A DNA stretch of 64,000 bases, from positions 5,394,001 to 5,458,000 of the forward strand of contig OZ361257.1 of NCBI GenBank assembly GCA_977018835.1, in the 5' to 3' direction. The notes under the pieces are model-generated. The model searched no databases. It saw only the letters and a list, made by a program, of their open reading frames with translations, and was not told the origin of the DNA. The position numbers and the translations under genes were made by a program. Source of the stretch: Minutocellus sp. GHC0000111. Its lineage: Eukaryota. Positions 23,601 to 36,605 of the stretch are shown here, piece after piece; the stretch's first letter is position 1; each line of letters begins with the position of its first letter.

Positions 23601-24691
23601 ATAAATTCGAACAACGCCGCTTCCATCCAAAATGGCCACCTCGTGGCTGCCATCTCCCGCAACGGCGCAGCTGACAAACCCCCCACCATCGAAGCTACCC
23701 GCACCAAGCTCGTAGCGTGTCGACGGGCGGAGTCTCGAAATCGATGGGCAGCGAAGGTCCCAGATACTTGCCGATCGAGCCGATGTGGTTACTAGAGTTG
23801 GACTATTGGCCGACAACCAGCAGAGGGATGTGACGATATCGTAGCTCGACGAGTTGGGCGCTGCCACGGTATGTTATTGGCCGATAATCCCAATGTCGAT
23901 GGCTTTGGAGTGGGAAGTGACGATACGACAGAATTGCTGCTGCTGGCGGGCATCGCTGCGGGAGGATGTGGTAACGATAACTTGACACCTGCAGCTGGCG
24001 GGTGCCTTCCATCAACACCAAGCCTGCCGAGCAATGGACTCAAACTTCGACCCGACGCATCCCATACCAACACGCCGGAACCACGCGCTGTCGCTAGCAG
24101 CATGGTCGATCTGCCGCCACTGCCGCCTGCCTCTGTGTGGTCATCGCTCAAGGGTTGGAATGCCAACGGTCCGCATCCAGCACTTCCACCGGCAGTATGT
24201 GTCGAATGGCTCAAAACCACGCTGGGAATGTGTGGCTTGTTCGAGCGCAAAATGGCTATCCCGTGCGGACCCGACAGAGCGATTGCCGTCCCTGACGCAA
24301 ACGACTGCGCTGCTGCCGCACCAGTAGGAGAGGACACACGCACATGGCCACTCGACGCCCTCCCATCATGCGCATCAGATGTCTCTTCAAAGTCTGATTG
24401 GGCCAAACCCGTGGCCGTGGCCAAGCCGCTGGGACTGAAGGGACCGTAATTGGCAACGGCCAGCAATCGGGATGCCGCCGCCGCCGATCCAGAGGGATCC
24501 TGCTCATCCGCGGCGGAAGCTGCCGGGTTGACGCCAAGGGGCGAGGCGTTTCGACTTCTCATTGGGGAGGGCGATGCATCGGCACCGGCGACGGCCGACA
24601 GGAAGAGGCCCTGCTGCCCCTGCTGCGGAGCATGCACCGACCGGTCTTCGTAGGTCGGGGACAGCGGCGCGGGGGCGCCAGTTGACCTCAT
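20675..24691 (-). pseudogene. WDR59: WDR59/Sea3-like (GATOR2) WD40 protein; frameshift ~23868, intron 21285-21406, 3'-truncated
   Basis: WD40 repeats (VLVWD, ASIWDLR, VRIYDTR), VPCPRLCGATF motif and ELCIYNAAVC...KADTW segment. The downstream helical region and C-terminal RING are absent. Confidence 0.7.
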
Positions 24692-25125
24692 GGTGCGTTT
24701 TGGCCGCGAATGAGCGCAAGATGAATGAGGGTGCACCCATAACCGGGAGATTGGTAGGAATTCCTATCGATCATCGCCTTACCCGTACATGTAAAAATAA
24801 AGCAAGCAAGCAAGCAAGCGCAAGCAAAAGTGCTTCATTTCTCAGAATCTGAAAACAAAGATTCGTCTCTAATTGCCAGGTTATCTATCTAAATGCACTC
24901 GGAATTGTTCTACCATACATACATATATCATCTTTCTAATCGACCACACACATGTTGCCTTCGTTGTGGTGGTATCTGTTCAAGAGGTATTCCAAGCGGC
25001 GAGAGGAGAAAGCCCGTGAGCTCATTCGACCTTCCCTCCGCCACGCCCATGGTAACAAGTCCAATGTCAGTTCATACTCAGTATGCTCTTACCCCAAGCC
25101 GCTCATGCCCGTCGTTCAGCAACCT

Positions 25126-26426
25126 TCAATTGTCATCCCCTACCATCTTGGAGCCCTCGCCCTTTGCCGTGTCCTCATCGAAGGAAGTGTCGTGACGTTG
25201 GGGCTTGCTCTCGTCGTCAAACTTGAAGGTAATGGAAAGATCGCCAACGGCAAAGTCCAAAGCCAGATCCTGCTGGATATTGGTCAGGTAGAGACAATTG
25301 CCTCTCTTGATGTATGTCTTGACCTTTTCGGTAACATCGACGCTGTCCTGTCCTCCACCAGCAACCTTGGCCTCCATTACTTCCAGCTTTGAGGGAAAGT
25401 TCAGTCCAATAAGAAAGCAAACGAGTGCAGGTGCCAAGTCGATAAAGTCAAAGGTCACGAGATTGAATGGTTCGTCAGCTTTGGCTCGAAGGTGATCGTC
25501 AAGAACATCGTATTTGTACAGGATTCTTGCAAAGGAAACTGGTCTCAAGCTCTTGAGGCCGACCAACATGTGAAGAATATCGGTGGGTCCCCCTACGCCT
25601 GGTGTGAACACGTAGCTCGCATTGTGGAACATGTTCCTCTTGCCCTTATACTCTTCCAAATCCTCCTCGTTGCTCTTGAGAAGTTGGTCCAGGTCACGCG
25701 TATTGTGCCATTTATTCCGCACGACGCGATTGGAACGAAAGAAGCCATATTTCTCTTTAATGTGGTCTTCATCGTGCACGACGCCGTCATGGGAAAAAAC
25801 AAAAATCCTATCATGGACCAGAACGAAATAGTTCTTCTTGTGCTCTGCAAGCTCTCCGAGAGTAACCTGTCCGTACTTGCACCATTTCTTTTTATCCTCT
25901 GTCGTAATCATATTGGATCCACAGGCGGTCTTGATGGTATCGAATAGATGAACTCTCTGCTGCTCCGTCATTTCCCGACCATATTCGAGGACAATACCCA
26001 AAAAAAGGAATTCGCCAGGATTTTCATTGACGAAGCGAGTGATCTCGTCGAGAACGGCGGAAAACTTCCCACCCTTGAGGAATCCATGGAAAATGCAGAT
26101 ATCTGTCGGACCATCGCCTCCACCGACACGAATGTCGAGATAGCGAGCGCCGCGCTGGAGTTGGTCGTAGATGGACACATTCTGCGTGCGTCCGACTGCA
26201 GCGAAGGGCTGCATCTTTTGGATGGTGGAACTGGCGCTATCGTGAGTACCAGGGATGGCGACATCTCTCAGCTTTAGGCCTGGTGAGGCTGCCGTGAGCT
26301 TCGTCATCCAATCGGCATTTTCACAACAATACTCCACCGGTGGATCTTCCTGGATGCCACATCCTGCACATACATTGCAACAAGGAAAATAACAATTAGT
26401 AGAGGCAATAAGTGTTGGTCTACCAT
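25126..26426 (-). CDS. PI-PLC X-domain-containing protein
   Basis: DWM...LRDVAIPGTHDS, TQNVSIYDQLQRGARYLDIR, IFHG, F...NPGEF. The 5' end (a short exon at ~26424-26426 and an intron) is inferred. Confidence 0.9.
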
Positions 26427-26869
26427 GAATTGTAGCCGAGACTTTCGATGCGAAGAACTGCTAACTCAAGAAGCAGACTCACCAAGCTGCAGACAATTCA
26501 GCGCGAGGGCGCTAGCCAGCTGGTCGATAGGACCATGCAGAGACTTATCGATCCTCATTTTGGTGGTGAAATGTGAGGCGGCGGGGAGGATAGCGCCCAT
26601 AAATGACAGGTCTTGCAGCTCAGAGCGGAGGTGAACCAATGATTTTCGCACGGACAATCGACTTGTGCTTGTTTCAGATCTTTCGGCTTCGAAGCCACTC
26701 TGATCTGTTCCAACCTCAAAAGTTTACCCGAGTGGGCCATTTGCCTTCGCATTGGTGCCGCCTTTGCTTCTCGAAGCTGCTTCCATAGCATCGGTGCTGT
26801 CGCTATCGGCTGCACTATCTCTCATTTTCTGCACAAACTGTTAATTGACAAACATTTCAAGTAAAAAAA

Positions 26870-27883
26870 ATGACCTCACGTACAGCTCTCCTTTTCATCG
26901 CGCTACTTTCATCTTCTGCGATCTATCCGGCCTGTGCTGCTGTCGTCGATGAGCCGGGAAGTACAGACCCATCTGATTTTTTTCTGAGGGGCCATCGATT
27001 CCTTCAGATGGGCATGGGGAAAGGCGGTGGCGGTGGTGGTGGCCACATGGGAGGTGGAGGCATGGGAATGGGAAGGGGTGGAGGTCGATCTGGAATGGCA
27101 ACCATTCACAATCTCGTCGACAACCGGCACGATATCCAACGCATTGTCAACATGACCGACGATGGAATTAGCACCACCACGTGGTCCGAAAATGAGAAGG
27201 TGTCGGCATGGATCAAGCAACACGTTGCCGAAATGTCGGCGCTTCTGGAGTCCTCGGGCAGGATTCGTCAGTGGGATGACCTGTTCGTCAAGGTGTTTGA
27301 CATGCGCGAATCGCACACGATGGAATACCGCGAGCGAGATGACGGAATGGGAGTTGTTGTAGAGCAGTATGGAATCAACAAATGTGCCATCGGCCTCGTC
27401 CAAGCCCATGCCAAGGTTGTTTCGGCCTTTATTCGGGAAGGATACGACGAGGTGCATAAGAATCACGACGTGCCCACTGAGTGTGAGGAAAAGGACGACG
27501 TCCAATGGAAGCTAGAAGTCGAAGAAGGAGAAGTGAACAATCAAGAGGTAGGGGAGGAGGGTGGTACTTTGGCTGTCGAGGGTGTTGGGGCGAATGGGGG
27601 TGAATATGCCGGAATTGATACTGTGTCGCAGCAGGAAGGAGATAATAATAATGTCAACGTGTCAACCTTATTGGAGAAGGAAGAAGATCAGGATGGCGAA
27701 GCTGAGGATTTCGATGAAGAAGAGAGACAAATACAATCGCTCGAGAAAGAGGAAATGCAGGGTCATAGCAGCAGCTCTGACGCAAATGCCATTGCTGGTG
27801 GGCTCTCAGTGGCATCATCGATGACCAAGATGATCTCAGCAGCGTTGGCTTTTGTCTCTCTTACAGTCCGGCCACACCTATAA
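26870..27883 (+). CDS. Secreted or surface protein with a His/Met-containing bacterial-like domain, an acidic linker and a hydrophobic C-terminal tail
   Basis: Signal peptide, LRG motif, Gly/Met tract, domain MATIHNL...IKQHV..M....RQWDDLF...VQAHAKVVSAF..EG..EVHKNH. The last codons and the stop come from a MITE. Confidence 0.8.
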   Translation: MTSRTALLFIALLSSSAIYPACAAVVDEPGSTDPSDFFLRGHRFLQMGMGKGGGGGGGHMGGGGMGMGRGGGRSGMATIHNLVDNRHDIQRIVNMTDDGISTTTWSENEKVSAWIKQHVAEMSALLESSGRIRQWDDLFVKVFDMRESHTMEYRERDDGMGVVVEQYGINKCAIGLVQAHAKVVSAFIREGYDEVHKNHDVPTECEEKDDVQWKLEVEEGEVNNQEVGEEGGTLAVEGVGANGGEYAGIDTVSQQEGDNNNVNVSTLLEKEEDQDGEAEDFDEEERQIQSLEKEEMQGHSSSSDANAIAGGLSVASSMTKMISAALAFVSLTVRPHL

Positions 27884-28041
27884 GGATATTTTTTATCCTT
27901 AGGGTAAGCTTGGAATTTCGGACATGTTCCTTATTCTTCTATGCATTTCTTATCAATTGGTGTTTAGAAATCCTTATTCTAATTAAGGATATTCCAAGCT
28001 TACCTCTCCAAAAAAATATCCTTATAGGTGTGGCCGGACTG
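27864..28041. mobile_element. 178-bp Tc1/mariner(pogo)-type MITE
   Basis: Perfect 31-bp TIRs CAGTCCGGCCACACCTATAAGGATATTTTTT, TA on both flanks (27862-3 and 28042-3), and an inner inverted pair GGTAAGCTTGGAAT/ATTCCAAGCTTACC. Confidence 0.95.
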
Positions 28042-28539
28042 TATTGATTGCTGCTGAAATGAATGATCTGATTATCTCGTGTGTTGCAGATGTGGACTGC
28101 GTGATAGGTGTAGAATAATTCTATAGAGTACCGAAGTAAGCCAAGGCTTTCCTTTTACGTGTAGAGACCGCTGTACATGTGGATCTACCGGTGCATTGTG
28201 GTTGGCTTCTTTCTCGTTGCTTCGACAGCAAGCGGTGTACATGTATGAGCACGGTGTCGACGGACGGACAAATGTGTGAAGGTCCGTCCGTCGACCGAGA
28301 CACGCGACAGAAACCGACACAATCGATCGCCCAGAATAATCTGTACTGTCCTCTCTAGTTCTTCTTTTGCGTTGTCAAAAAAATCGTACTGTGCCTGACT
28401 ATGCAGCCTCTGTGCCTCTTTCTGTGTTCTGTGCCACTTTTCCGAGAAGCAAGATACGACGGCATCGGCAAAGGGAACATTGCATAGGAATTCCTATCAA
28501 TTAGCTCCACCTAACCCATCTATTTTATCAACCACAAGG

Positions 28540-31291
28540 ATGCCCACAAGGATGCTGGCGGCTCAGGAGGTATCCGTTTCCGGCGATCCCGGCGCTTCCG
28601 TGAGCGATGTGTCGGGTGTTTCCGGCAAGGAGAACGAAGAAGATTCCACAACCGCGGCAGCCGCTGGGGCAACTGCAACACCCACCGTTCCCTTTCCCTA
28701 CGAGGCAACGTACCGATCCCTCCTTGCCCAGTCGCAAATGATGGTCGATATGACCGAGGCCCTTTGCTACAATATCATCTTTGCCGAGGGAGACGGCCCG
28801 GATGAGGTGGCGATGGGGACCAGGTTCGACAAGTCGGCACATCTCAATTACTTTCTCGTGAGTCGATTTGGTTTGTTGGACAAAGATTTTCATGTGAACG
28901 CGATATTTTGGGTTCGAGTACATTGCCATCCTATTCATTGATCTAACCATATCTGTATAACGTCACCCAACGCATATTGCAATCTCTTGAGCGCAGGATC
29001 GTCTTGGGGCTACATACGAAAACGGACGGCTCCACAGCTATTTTACCATCATGGAAGTGGTATTGACCATTTGTGCCCATCCTGTGACAAAACCCGCAGT
29101 TGATGCGAAAACGCTTCCTCGGAATACCAAGGCTCGGACTATGTGCGTTGATGTACCCCTTTCGTTTTACGGCGAGAAGGAGTGGGGTAGGATCATCAAG
29201 GCTCTGCGCAACGGAAAAGACAGTCTGCTGCGAAAAGATGCCAACCAACAGATTCTGACTCTTTGCAGCCCTTCGGCCCAAATGGCGCTTGCACCTGCAA
29301 CAATTCAAGCCATCGAAAGCCACCACGACGATGTTGTCAATAGTTTGATCGATGTGGATCCTGATGAGCAGCGCAAGGACCTCGATGTGTTCGAGTTCTC
29401 GTACAATAAAATCTTGGACCAGCTGGAATTGCACAAGACACTGAGTGGTCTCAAGGCTACGCTATACAGCATCGTCGAGGGTGAAATTGAAACATTAGGT
29501 GATGAAGCTGCTGCTGCAGCTGCAACCGACCGCCCTCGTACTCGCTCAGGTGCCTCTCCTGTCAAGCCCAAGCCTCCAACCAAGACGGAATTGGCCAAGA
29601 AGAAGCGACAGGTTCAGTTGCGCATCGATGGCTACCTCGATAGTATCACGAAGCTCCTCTCTTCTCCTACCGCAGATACTGCGGAGGGTGATGCCATCAA
29701 TGCCGCGGCCTTTGCCGCTGTTCGGAAGACGATAAAGGAATTCTCTTCCTACTTGACCAACGGGCTGGAACATGTCGCTGAGAAATGGGCCGAGAAGTGT
29801 CTCGTCCGACTTGAGGAAGTGGAACTAGGACTGCTCACCAAGCTCAGAACCGAATTGGAATCTTTGCTTCGAGGTTGGTGCAGCGCTGTTCTGGATCTAC
29901 CAGTGTTGGTCAAGTGCGGTTATGCCACGCAACCGCTGAATGAGAGATCGGTGCCTGTAACAGCGCCCTCTGAAGATGTAGAGATGGAAGATGCTGCCGT
30001 TTTTGCTGGGAATGACAAGGCCGTGGAACAAGATGCAGAGGAAGTGGTTTCTGGGGCTGGAGATCATGACGATGATGATATTCCAATTGATGATGATGAT
30101 GACGACGATCACGATGATGAGGCCACCGTACCCAAGCCAATGTTTGACGACGTCGATAGTGATGTTGAGGTCGGTGTGCACATCGGTGACGACGACGATG
30201 CCGAAGAAGAAGAGTCGGATATCGACGAGAGCCAGCCTCTTCTCACTCAAGCTCCACCGGGATTTGATCGCAATGAAGCTTCTTCTTCCAGTGATGAAGA
30301 AGAGGAGGAGACCAAAAGCGCGAAGGACGACGTTCAAGTGACGCCCTCGCGACTTACCCGTCGAGCGGCGGACTTCAAGAACAAGTCTCTATCGAATGTT
30401 ATCACGGAATCTGCCGTCGCTGCCGTGGCCGCCAAGCGTTCCTCGAGCAAAAAGCCTGCCGCCTCTGCCGATAGTGGTAGAAAGGCGCCGGCCACAGCAC
30501 CTCGCCGTAGAAAGAAAAGTAGTGGGAAAACGCCCGTGAGGCGATCACCTCCTCCCAGAGGAGTTCAAAATGATTCTGATCTTGATTACAAGGGATCTCC
30601 TGAGAGGAAATCTACCCAGGCTCGGGAGACGAAGGAAGATTCATCGTTTGCCAGTGATAGTTCTGATGATGATAATGACAAGAAACCCAAGGCCGCTCCT
30701 CCAGCCGGTAAGAAGCATCCTCGGCTGAGGTATGACGACAGCAGCGACGAGGAAAGTACTGACGAGGATGTTGCCCTGCGACAGCGGAAGAAGAGTAGAA
30801 AGACTACTACCGCCACATCGGCTTCCTCCTCAGCAGCCAAGAAAACTCCACGTGGTGGAACTGGCGCTACCTCCAAGTCACCCAAGCGGACCCCACGCCT
30901 CACCGGCACAAAGCTTTGTACGTCCTCTTCATCAAGCGAGTATGAGGACACGAGTGCAGGCAAGGACGACAGTAGTTCTGATGATGAAGAAATTCCTAGT
31001 CCGTCGGCCAAGAGCAAGGCTGTTTCCTCGCCGGTACCTCGCATCCAGCCTCAGAGCAATCGGGGTGTCAATGTTCCCCGCAGTGGCGGTAAGAAACGCA
31101 AGCGGTGGACGGACGAAGAGAAAGAAGCTGTTAGACAGGGCATCGCCGAACATGGCGTGGGGCGCTGGGCCCTCATCAAGAGTGATTGGGCTATGGAACT
31201 TCGTGATCGAACCTCGGTGCAGATCAAAGATGGTTATCGTACCATGTTGAAGCGGGGAGAGCTATCTGAGTACGATAGTGGCAGTGATTAG
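28540..31291 (+). CDS. Single-Myb (telobox/TRF-like) DNA-binding protein, intron 28912-28996
   Basis: C-terminal RKRWTDEEKEAVRQGIAEHGVGRWALIK...LRDRTSVQIKD. Long acidic and basic disordered linker. A phase-0 GT-AG intron joins ORFs 28480 and 29051. Confidence 0.85.
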
Positions 31292-31450
31292 CATTATGTG
31301 GGATTCTAGGATGACAAAAAATTAAAAATGCGGAGTTTTCTGTGGTAAAAGGTCTGGAATATGATGGCCGAAAGGGCCAGATCCAACATAATTATCATTT
31401 ACATTCATAAACCAAGTGAGTTTTCCCATTTTTATAAATGCAATGGCTAC

Positions 31451-34400
31451 CTACGAGTTCCCCTCGCTCGGGATGACGGCTACGAGGGAAGGGCAGATGA
31501 TGACCCAAGAATTCAGTGGTTCGGGCTTCCTAGCGGCCTCTCTCTCAAACTTGCACGTGCAAAGTCTTTGCTCCGCCTCCAGATCTCCGATGGCTAGCCT
31601 TGCATCTACTAATTCTTGTTCGGTATCAGCCCGAAGTTCCTCCATTCTTTCAAGCGCATTGGTGAACGATTTTAGCTCCATGTCAGACTGCTCTTTGACT
31701 TGCGTAGCCTCTTCTTCGGCTGCCGTTGCCTTGGCTTCCCAGCGCTCGACGTCGTTACGAAGGATTTCGTTGACCTCACGTAATGCTGATAATTCGTCGA
31801 CGTAATTGGTATAGACAGTCTTCGTATCGTCCTGTAGCTTGTCGTATTTCTTCGCCTTCTTCTTAAGCTTGGCGATCGTAGCATTGAGGCTCTCAATTTC
31901 TTCCTCAGCGACATCGACCTTCGTCTCCAACTCACTCTTGAGCTCGGCATTTTCTCGGTTTAAGCCGAAAATGGTCGCATCTTCTTGCTCGGCCTCCTTT
32001 TGCAGTCTCTTGATTTGTTTGTCTTTTTTTATGATCGCCTTCTCATGCTGAGCCTTGAGCTCAGAGATTTCGGTGTCCTTTCGCAGCATGGCCTGGGTAA
32101 TGCTTGCCAGCTCGGCGTACTGCTGAGACTAGTCTTCCGCGGACTTGTCGCCCTTCTCTCGTGCCTTGCTAATGTCGAGCTTAAGCTGCTGACATTCAGC
32201 CTTGCTCTCAAAGAGGGCCTTGTTTGCTGATGCAAGGTCGCGCTCAGCTACCTTCAATTCAACTCCCGCTTCGTTTAGAGCTGCATCCTTCTCGGCCAAA
32301 GAGGACTTGAGGGAAGATATGGTCTTCGACATTTCCTTGTTATCGCCTCGCAATGATACTGCCAGGTCAGCCTGTGCTTTGAGCTCAGAGTTCTCTCTCG
32401 AGATTTTATCAAGTTGAACCATAATGTTCTTCTCGGCACTTTTCTTCTCATTGAGTTCCGTTCTCAACTGCTCAAGCTCTTTTCGCATACTATCTAGCTC
32501 GGTAGAATCGGCGACAGGAATTGGAGGGGCCTGTGGAGGATGAGGAGTAGGCTCGCGCACCAATGATGCGGATGCCCTTTCGGCTGGAACAATTGCAGAC
32601 AAATTGGATTCATCAACGCCAATCTCAACCATCTGCGTCAACGGCGCCGAAGAAATCTTGCTTGGCGCTGTTGATTCATTGGAAGCCTTCGATTCTCGTT
32701 GCACTCCATCAGTGGCGGCTGCCTTGGCTTCGGCATCGGCCTTAGCCTTCTTGTTATGTTCTCTGATTTTGCGCATGCTATCAACTCGTTGAGAAGCTAT
32801 AGTCCTCCGTACTATTGCCTGAATTGCCGTTGCGTGTTGTTTTTGAGCGACAAAGGACCTGTGTGCTTTGTGTTTTCGCATCATGCTCTGAATTAGCACA
32901 ATGGACGTGACGGTCCTCTGAAACTTTCTGCGGCCAGCATGTTTCCGCCAACAGGCCTGAATCAATGTCGCACAACGAGCCTTGCGAGCTTGCAGCATCC
33001 TGCCGAACTTAGCAATGGCAAGATATCGACGGGCAAGACACTCCAGCTTGACAGCAAGAAAGTGAATAATGTGGTAGTCTCTTTCGGCCACATATCTCCG
33101 TGCCTCCTTTTGGATCATAATGGCGGCAAGGCGGATTTTGATACTGCGCAATCTTTCCATTGTGTCGTATGCTGCTTGTCTCAGAAACACTTTGCTGCGG
33201 CCAACTTGAATTCCCTCGATTTCTTCGTCTTTGACCTCGGCAGACACGGCCTGAACTATAAGGTCAACGGGTCTCTGCCTCCGTGAGCTCCGTTGCGCAT
33301 TTTTCATCGCCTTGATTCCCAAGATACGATAACGGCTGACAAAGAGTGCATGAGAAAACCGCTGTGGGTATCCCAAGCGCGAGACGCGAATAGCTTCTAT
33401 GACACCGTTGCACCGCAATTGATCGACGACTGGAACTGGGTCAAAATGATCGGGCATAAGTGCATCATTTGGCTTGATACAGCGAGCATAGTGTGGTGAG
33501 GTGAGATCAATCTTTGCTCGCAGCTCTGCAAGTTGTTGGGAAAATTGAGCACCGACTGTCAGTCTTTTCCCGGCGGAAGAACCATTGTTGCCACTTTTGG
33601 GAGGGGCTCGGCGAGACTTTCCTGCGCCCCCTATTACAGAAGCAACGTCCGCACCGCCAATGATATCACCCAAGATCTTGACAAATGTATTTGAGGAACC
33701 TTTCATCAACTTGAGGGTGAATTTTGGCACTTCGTCTCGATCCTTTTCTACCCAGCCAGTTTGCGTATCATATTCAACAGCCCCGGCGTAATGTCGGATA
33801 GCAAAGCATTTGGATCCTTTCTGCAAGAGACTAACCTCAAAGCGAGGATGAGATTCGCACTTTTGGTAGATAGCATGGCAGAATGTACTATCTGTCATAC
33901 CGACGGCCTTACACATGTCGTCAAGAATGGGGATAATGCCACTCCCCTTCTTTCCAATCAGTTCCAGACAGTCTTGATTGTCGGGAAAGTCGACGAAAGC
34001 CCATTCTATTCCCTCGCGCTTGTACTCCTCTTGTTCGACTTTTAGGACAAAATTATTGAATTGCTGCTGCAAGGCCTCGTCGGTGTAGTTGATGCTACCA
34101 TTTGGTTTGGAACAAAAAGACGGGAAGAGGAGTTAGACTGAGTGGTGATCGGTTGTGGAAAATAAATGCCGTCTTCTTCTAGCTCGACAAAGGTTACCAC
34201 TTACCATAACTGCTCAAAACTGTTAGTGTCGAACGATTCGAAGCCAAAACTATCTAAAACGCCAATCGCAGCAGCTGCCGCAGACGACTTGTTTCCACCA
34301 CGGCCTCGCTTGGCGCGGTTGCCGGCATCGACGGCAATCGATGAGTTGATCCTGGCAACTAGAAAGTCAAAAACTGCCGCGTACAGAGCCTTGACGAGAG

Positions 34401-36388
34401 CCTCCAACCCTTTCTCTGATTTCTCTTTTGATAAGGACCTTGTGTGGTGCTCCTTGCCAGCCTGGATCGCAAAATAACACAGTCCTCTGTTGAGATTCTC
34501 AACCGTAAGTCCAAGCAGAGACAGGGCTGGCCCAAGATGGACATTCGCTTCGTCTATCGCGCTCTCATCTGCGCTCACTGCTAGAAGTGATAGGTTGGAA
34601 AGGTGAAGTAGGGCACACGTAACAGTCATCACATCGGCACGTTCATCGGTACTGAAGCCCATCACGTCAAACGCACCAATCAAATCTGCGAATGTCTCCT
34701 CGTCAAGGATACCATCTCTCCTATCATAAGTTCCAGAACACGACGTAATACGAAAGTCTTCGGCGGAAAAATCGGACAAAAAGTATTTTTTCCAGTTCAT
34801 TGTCATCAAGACCACCCTGCAGCAGCTCGTAGAATATGTGGAAATTGCGCTCGCCTTCAGATTGCGTAATAATTCGAACCTTTTCTAACAAATAGGTCTC
34901 GATGCTGGCCCCGACGAACGCCCCTCTATTTGAAAATTGAATCTGAATATACTTGCCAAAGCGAGAAGAGTTATCGTTCCGAATGGTTCGAGCATTACCA
35001 AATGATTCCAGTATGGAATTGGACTGCAGGACCTGCTGCTCAATATCGGAGTTACCACTGGCATCAGTGGAGTCACCACTGATGGAACTTTCACCTAATG
35101 AATGTTTGCTGAGAGCAGCAAGATATTGCATTATGAATTTGGTACTCAAAGTTTTGCCGGCTCCTGATTCACCACTTACCAAGATGCTTTGATCAACCTT
35201 GAGGTCAGACTTGATCGCCGACCTCTGCCCACTACCAGCAAGCTCTAAAGACACCATCATATGCCGGTAGGTCCTATCAGCGAGACCGTAAATTTGGCCG
35301 TCATCTTCATTGCCATCACCTCCATCTCCACCGGATGCACTCTTCTCTCCGCGTTCGAAGTACCGCTGCATTGTTTCTTCCGAATACATTCCCCGAAGGC
35401 TCTTGAAGGGATTAATTTCCAACAAGATTGGTCCAGTGGCCGTGTAAATTTGATTCATCTCGTATCTTTTCCGAAGACAGTGAACCACGGCAGGTTCGTG
35501 CAGATGTGTCAACGTAATCAAATCGTCGGGATAGTATCTCGCCAATTTTCGCTTGCGTGACTTTGCACCTGCGCTCACATACTCATCATCGTCGGCAAAG
35601 TGTTCACTGTTAGATCCATCGATCTCGTCTGGTGGGTCAGGGTTCGCCATGACAATGTTGCCCCTGGCAATTTCAGCGGAAGAAACGGTCACCTCGGTAT
35701 TGTGATGAGGAGATTGCTCATCGTCGACGCACATCTGCATTTCAACACCACTGTCCTTACCGCCGCCGCCAGCACCGCCCTCAAATGGTTCGCAATCACC
35801 CATAACACGGTCCCACGTTTCCAAATCTGGGTTTGCCGCCAGTATGTCCTGCGGCAGGTCGACTGTATCATTCAGCTCGTGAATCCAGTGATAATTGCCA
35901 AGATACGTGGTGGTCTCGTTGATGCTTCCTCGACCAGCCGTACAGGCAAGGAAAAACTGCGGATAGTTGCCCCTAATTTTGCTCACGCCAAAGAGAATCT
36001 CTCTTCGCTCCTTTTGTGTCGGGTCCATTCCATCAACTTCCTCGTACGGAGTTTTGCGGGCGGCCAATATCGACAACGCCCGCTGCTGGTTTGTCTTTTG
36101 CGCCCGATCGCTTACACCTTTGGAAATGAGAACAACCAGCCTCTTTTTTGGAGGTGCGCTCGTTGTGCCGACTTTGCTTTGCAGCGCCAGAGCCTCCAGG
36201 GCACCATCGGACAGGAGACGGGACCGGACCCATCCCCAATCATTGCCGGCCTTGTCGTCGTCTGCTACGACCGATGATTTTGCACGTCGAGGAGTTGTCG
36301 CAGCAGCAGACGTCCGAGCGCCTCCTGTCAGGAGACGGGTTCGGACCCACACATAGTCCTCGCTACCATGCTGGTCGGTCGCCATCAT
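31451..36388 (-). CDS. Myosin heavy chain (motor, IQ motifs, coiled coil) with an N-terminal SH3BGR/glutaredoxin-like insert; intron 34095-34204, frameshift ~34790, in-frame TAG at 32129-32131
   Basis: DDLITLTHLHEP, IYTATGPIL, GESGAGKT, ESFGNARTIRNDNSSRFGK, LLEKVR, ERNFHIFY, FGFE, PHYARCIKPN, QLRCNGV, IQxxxR repeats. Confidence 0.95.
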
Positions 36389-36605
36389 GGCATCGCGAGC
36401 AAAATGCACTTGGCAATGCAACGCAATGTCATGACCTCGCGCACCCGTGAAAAGTTTCTCTGACGTGTCATAGAAGCAAGGAGGAGGAGGTGGCGGTGAC
36501 AAAGAAGAAAGTGCCAATGACGACGAAAGGGATGATTGAAGCAGGTGATGATTGCAAAGATCTAGTTAATTAATATATAGAGACTATAGCACCTATAACA
36601 TTAGA

